Assembly: GCF_006345805.1 (NCBI RefSeq)
Contig: NW_021835916.1
Location: 1 to 39,516, forward strand
Source of the DNA: Octopus sinensis
Taxonomy: Eukaryota
Direction of reading: 5' to 3'
Length of the DNA stretch: 39,516 nucleotides
The position numbers were made by a program, and so were the translations under genes. The notes beneath the pieces are model-generated. The model saw only the letters and a program-made list of their open reading frames with translations. It did not search any database and was not told the DNA's origin. Each line of letters opens with the position of its first letter. Positions within the stretch are counted from its first letter, which is position 1. Positions 36,809-39,516 of the stretch are shown here, in pieces.

Positions 36809-37569
36809 GTGAGAAGCAAATAACAGTACCTCATGGATTTCTATATTTTTAACCTTCACCTGAGCATTTGTAGTTTATCAGAATGACTGAGGACAAGATC
36901 CATTCCTAATTTACATCTGAAATTTTAGCTGTATAATAATTCTATTAGACATTTTGATATCAATGGAATTTCACAAAATATCCAACGGGGTTGGCATGGT
37001 TCGGAAAATGGATAATTTAGAAGACAATAGAATTAATACTGTATTTTGAAACGGAGGACTAAAATATGTAGTTACTAAGTTTACTGATAGGTTATTGCTG
37101 TTGTTGCTATTTAGGCAAATGTCTCTCATAATATGACAGATTTACAATGAAATGTGTTCCGTATGTGAACACCCTGCCTTTTGTTCTCACTGATAATAAA
37201 TTTATCATTACATCCCCTAACATTGTCTTTATCCATGTAAAAGCATTAGGTTTGATGTTGAGACAACTGTTCTCTCTCTCCTCTCTCTCCAAGATAGACA
37301 CTGATGACCCTCATCATTTATCATCTGATGTCTATGCTCCTATCGATTGGATGGATGATTCCTATCCATGTCAGTTCTTATTAACAAATACTGTCCGCCT
37401 TGATTGGATGAGGAACACATTCCGGCTTTTCTATGGTGATGTGCCTTTCCTAACATCAACCACTTTAAAAAGGGCCTTGGGCACAATTTTGCTCCAAAAG
37501 CCCTAGAAAAATGATCATGTCGTCAACAAAATTAAACGCTCCTCTTTAACTTCTACAAGGAAATTCTGT

Positions 37570-38260
37570 TTGCAGATACTGAGAACAGAAAGCTAAAATA
37601 CAATAAAGATGAACTGGATGGATATATGCAGGAGATCCAAAGCAAAAGCAATGATTCCCATTCATAGACAGTTTGAAATGTCCATTGAAACCAGCAATCA
37701 AATACCGATTGATTAGTTCAGACTAATTTCAACCTTGAATATTGATGGCAAGATTTATAAGGTTGTATTCACAAAGAGATCAACTGTAAATCTACAGAAT
37801 AATGAATATGGGACTAAAAGTATCTTGAAGACTGGAATCCTCTGGCATTCCAGGCTGTGTGGAACATGTGTCTTAAATCTAGGATGTGATACAAGACGGA
37901 AAGAAGAATAAAAGGGATTGAATGTTGTGTGATTTGATCTGGTTTATGGTTCTCTAGCAAACAAATTGTTGATGGAAGCAGTGGACCTGTTTTATATATG
38001 AGAAAAGATTAAGGATCTGATGAGGAGCTGCTATAACAATTTCAATATGCAGTTCTTGAGGAAAACTTTCTCGGTAGACTGGTATCATTTTGAAGCGGGA
38101 ATTGCTGTAGTTTCTACAAAATCAGTCATTTGGTTTGTGATTTTTATGGAGATGTTACTTAAATCAGCAGATTGATAAGAAATGGCTCAAAGGAAAACAC
38201 TGGAGAAGACATTAATGGATTACATGACAATAGTAACAACAAATAAAAGGATATGCAAAT
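37570..38260 (+). mobile_element. Highly decayed RT remnant, probably R4/NeSL/CRE-like non-LTR element
   Basis: FRLISTLNIDGKIY (37718-37759), SGIPGCVEH (37841-37867) and NVV*FDL..YGS resemble the FRPISLLN.EGK, G.PGC.EH and VVWLDL..AYGS motifs. The boundaries are approximate. Confidence 0.5.
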
Positions 38261-39310
38261 AGTTCTGGATTAACTGAGTAGACTGAGGAACTTGGTGAAG
38301 AATGTGGTTCAATGCAAATGGGTAATGCAGCCCGTCATTTGTGAAAGGTCAGCAGAAACAAGTGAAGGTCAAAATAGCAGGAGAAACCCTGATGAAGTTT
38401 AAAGGGAAACTTGAAAAACTATTACGACGATGGTAAACTACCTAATTTTGCAATAAGAGTAAAGGCATTGAGATCAAGTCACAGAACGAAGATGGTTAAA
38501 AGAAACAAATATGCCAAACATTCTGGAAAATAAAAGATTTGGAGCTCGCACTTTGTATTCCCGTCTTTCTTATATATTTTTGAGTATCAGTCCTTTTGTA
38601 CCATTTCAGATGTCTTCACTGCAATAATGTGTAGATGTCCAGTTGTATGTAGTGAATGGGGTTTTGTACAAGTGTGCAGTGTTTTAGGACACCTGATATC
38701 ACTTTTTGTTTCATCTGTGGAGAACTGATCATTGCTCACCTGTATTAAGGAGTCTTAAAATATTCCCTGCACCAGATAATGACCAGGTGAACTGGCATGT
38801 GGGATGATAAAATTCAAGATTTCCAACAGCAAAGAGAACAGGTATTACGTTTATTTTACTTGAAGTGGTGTGTCATGCAATTCTGACGAGATCTTTGGAG
38901 ACCACATTGGATGATATTGGACTTTAGCAGAAGATGAGGAGAATGGTGGTTAGTGAAGTGTAGAGTTCAGAGGACAGTCACATGTCATAGATTTGGTACA
39001 GATATATGAAAGGAGAGAGAGAACTATGAAATGATAATTGAATGAAATAATTGCAACATTGTTAGATTATGTAGGATGTCTCTGTTAAAGAGAAACAAGG
39101 TTTCGGAAAGTTAGTCTATTTTGTTGCGGGCCTAAATATTGAGCTATTACCTGGTCCCACAATGGAAAGTATAAAAATACTGAGCAAAACCCTAGTGGTT
39201 ACCAGCCAACCACTGATGATAACAATGTCCCACAACAATAAACTACAGAATATTTATAGAGATAAATAAGTTTTACAATAAATTATAAAAGCTGGAAATA
39301 TTTATTTCAG

Positions 39311-39382
39311 AGAGTCCAGTTCTGAAGGAGAAAGATCTTCTGAGAGTGGCTAAGAGGTTAGGACGTGATTGGTGGCAAATAG
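39311..39382 (+). CDS. Probable first death-domain exon, 72 nt, phase 1/1 ((E)SPVLKEKDLLRVAKRLGRDWWQI(G))
   Basis: tttatttcag| acceptor, |gtgagt donor, and in frame with the RING exon. The pattern L..vAk.LG.dW..iG matches death-domain helices 1-2. Only 24 codons are visible. Confidence 0.6.
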
Positions 39383-39516
39383 GTGAGTATATTTGATTTC
39401 TATATATTTTACTTTCACCTGATCTATTTTATTTGTCAGAATGAATGAGAACAAGTTACATTCCTCATTTCCAATTGATAGGTCATCTGTATGACAATTT
39501 TATTTACGATATTCCT

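Noticed and set aside
37147-37506. 119-aa ORF upstream of the RT fossil
   Set aside because: It has no recognisable motif or splice context and is probably a chance ORF in decayed repeat sequence.

Overview
AT-rich, repeat-dense eukaryotic genomic DNA. The SINE and RTE-tail repeats resemble those I know from Octopus, so a cephalopod origin is an inference, not a database match. One + strand intron-rich gene runs through the window: ankyrin-repeat exons (3160-3196, 16700-16909, 18540-18711), a C3HC4 RING exon (24152-24291), and a probable death-domain first exon (39311-39382). The start and end of the gene lie outside the window. Two observations stand out. (1) Between RING and death domain lies an array of homologous, frame-preserving phase-1/phase-1 mini-exons. 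Four are intact 78-nt copies in a young ~2.09-kb tandem array, and two older copies each lack one splice site. The copies encode a (K/R)xVQT-type motif resembling LC8/DYNLL-binding sites. (2) A 13.5-kb intron holds three head-to-tail copies (5'-truncated, full-length, 3'UTR-only) of one L1/Tx1-like LINE. All three sit in a complex (TCTA)n array with the same 3' junction and no poly(A), which suggests microsatellite-specific targeting. The rest is a 2.4-kb (GAT)n tract flanked by long direct repeats, CR1-like, RTE and probable RLE-type LINE remnants, SINEs, two inverted-repeat elements and microsatellites. Many frameshifts are 1-nt indels in homopolymers and may be assembly errors. Most long ORFs in the supplied track are microsatellite artefacts.
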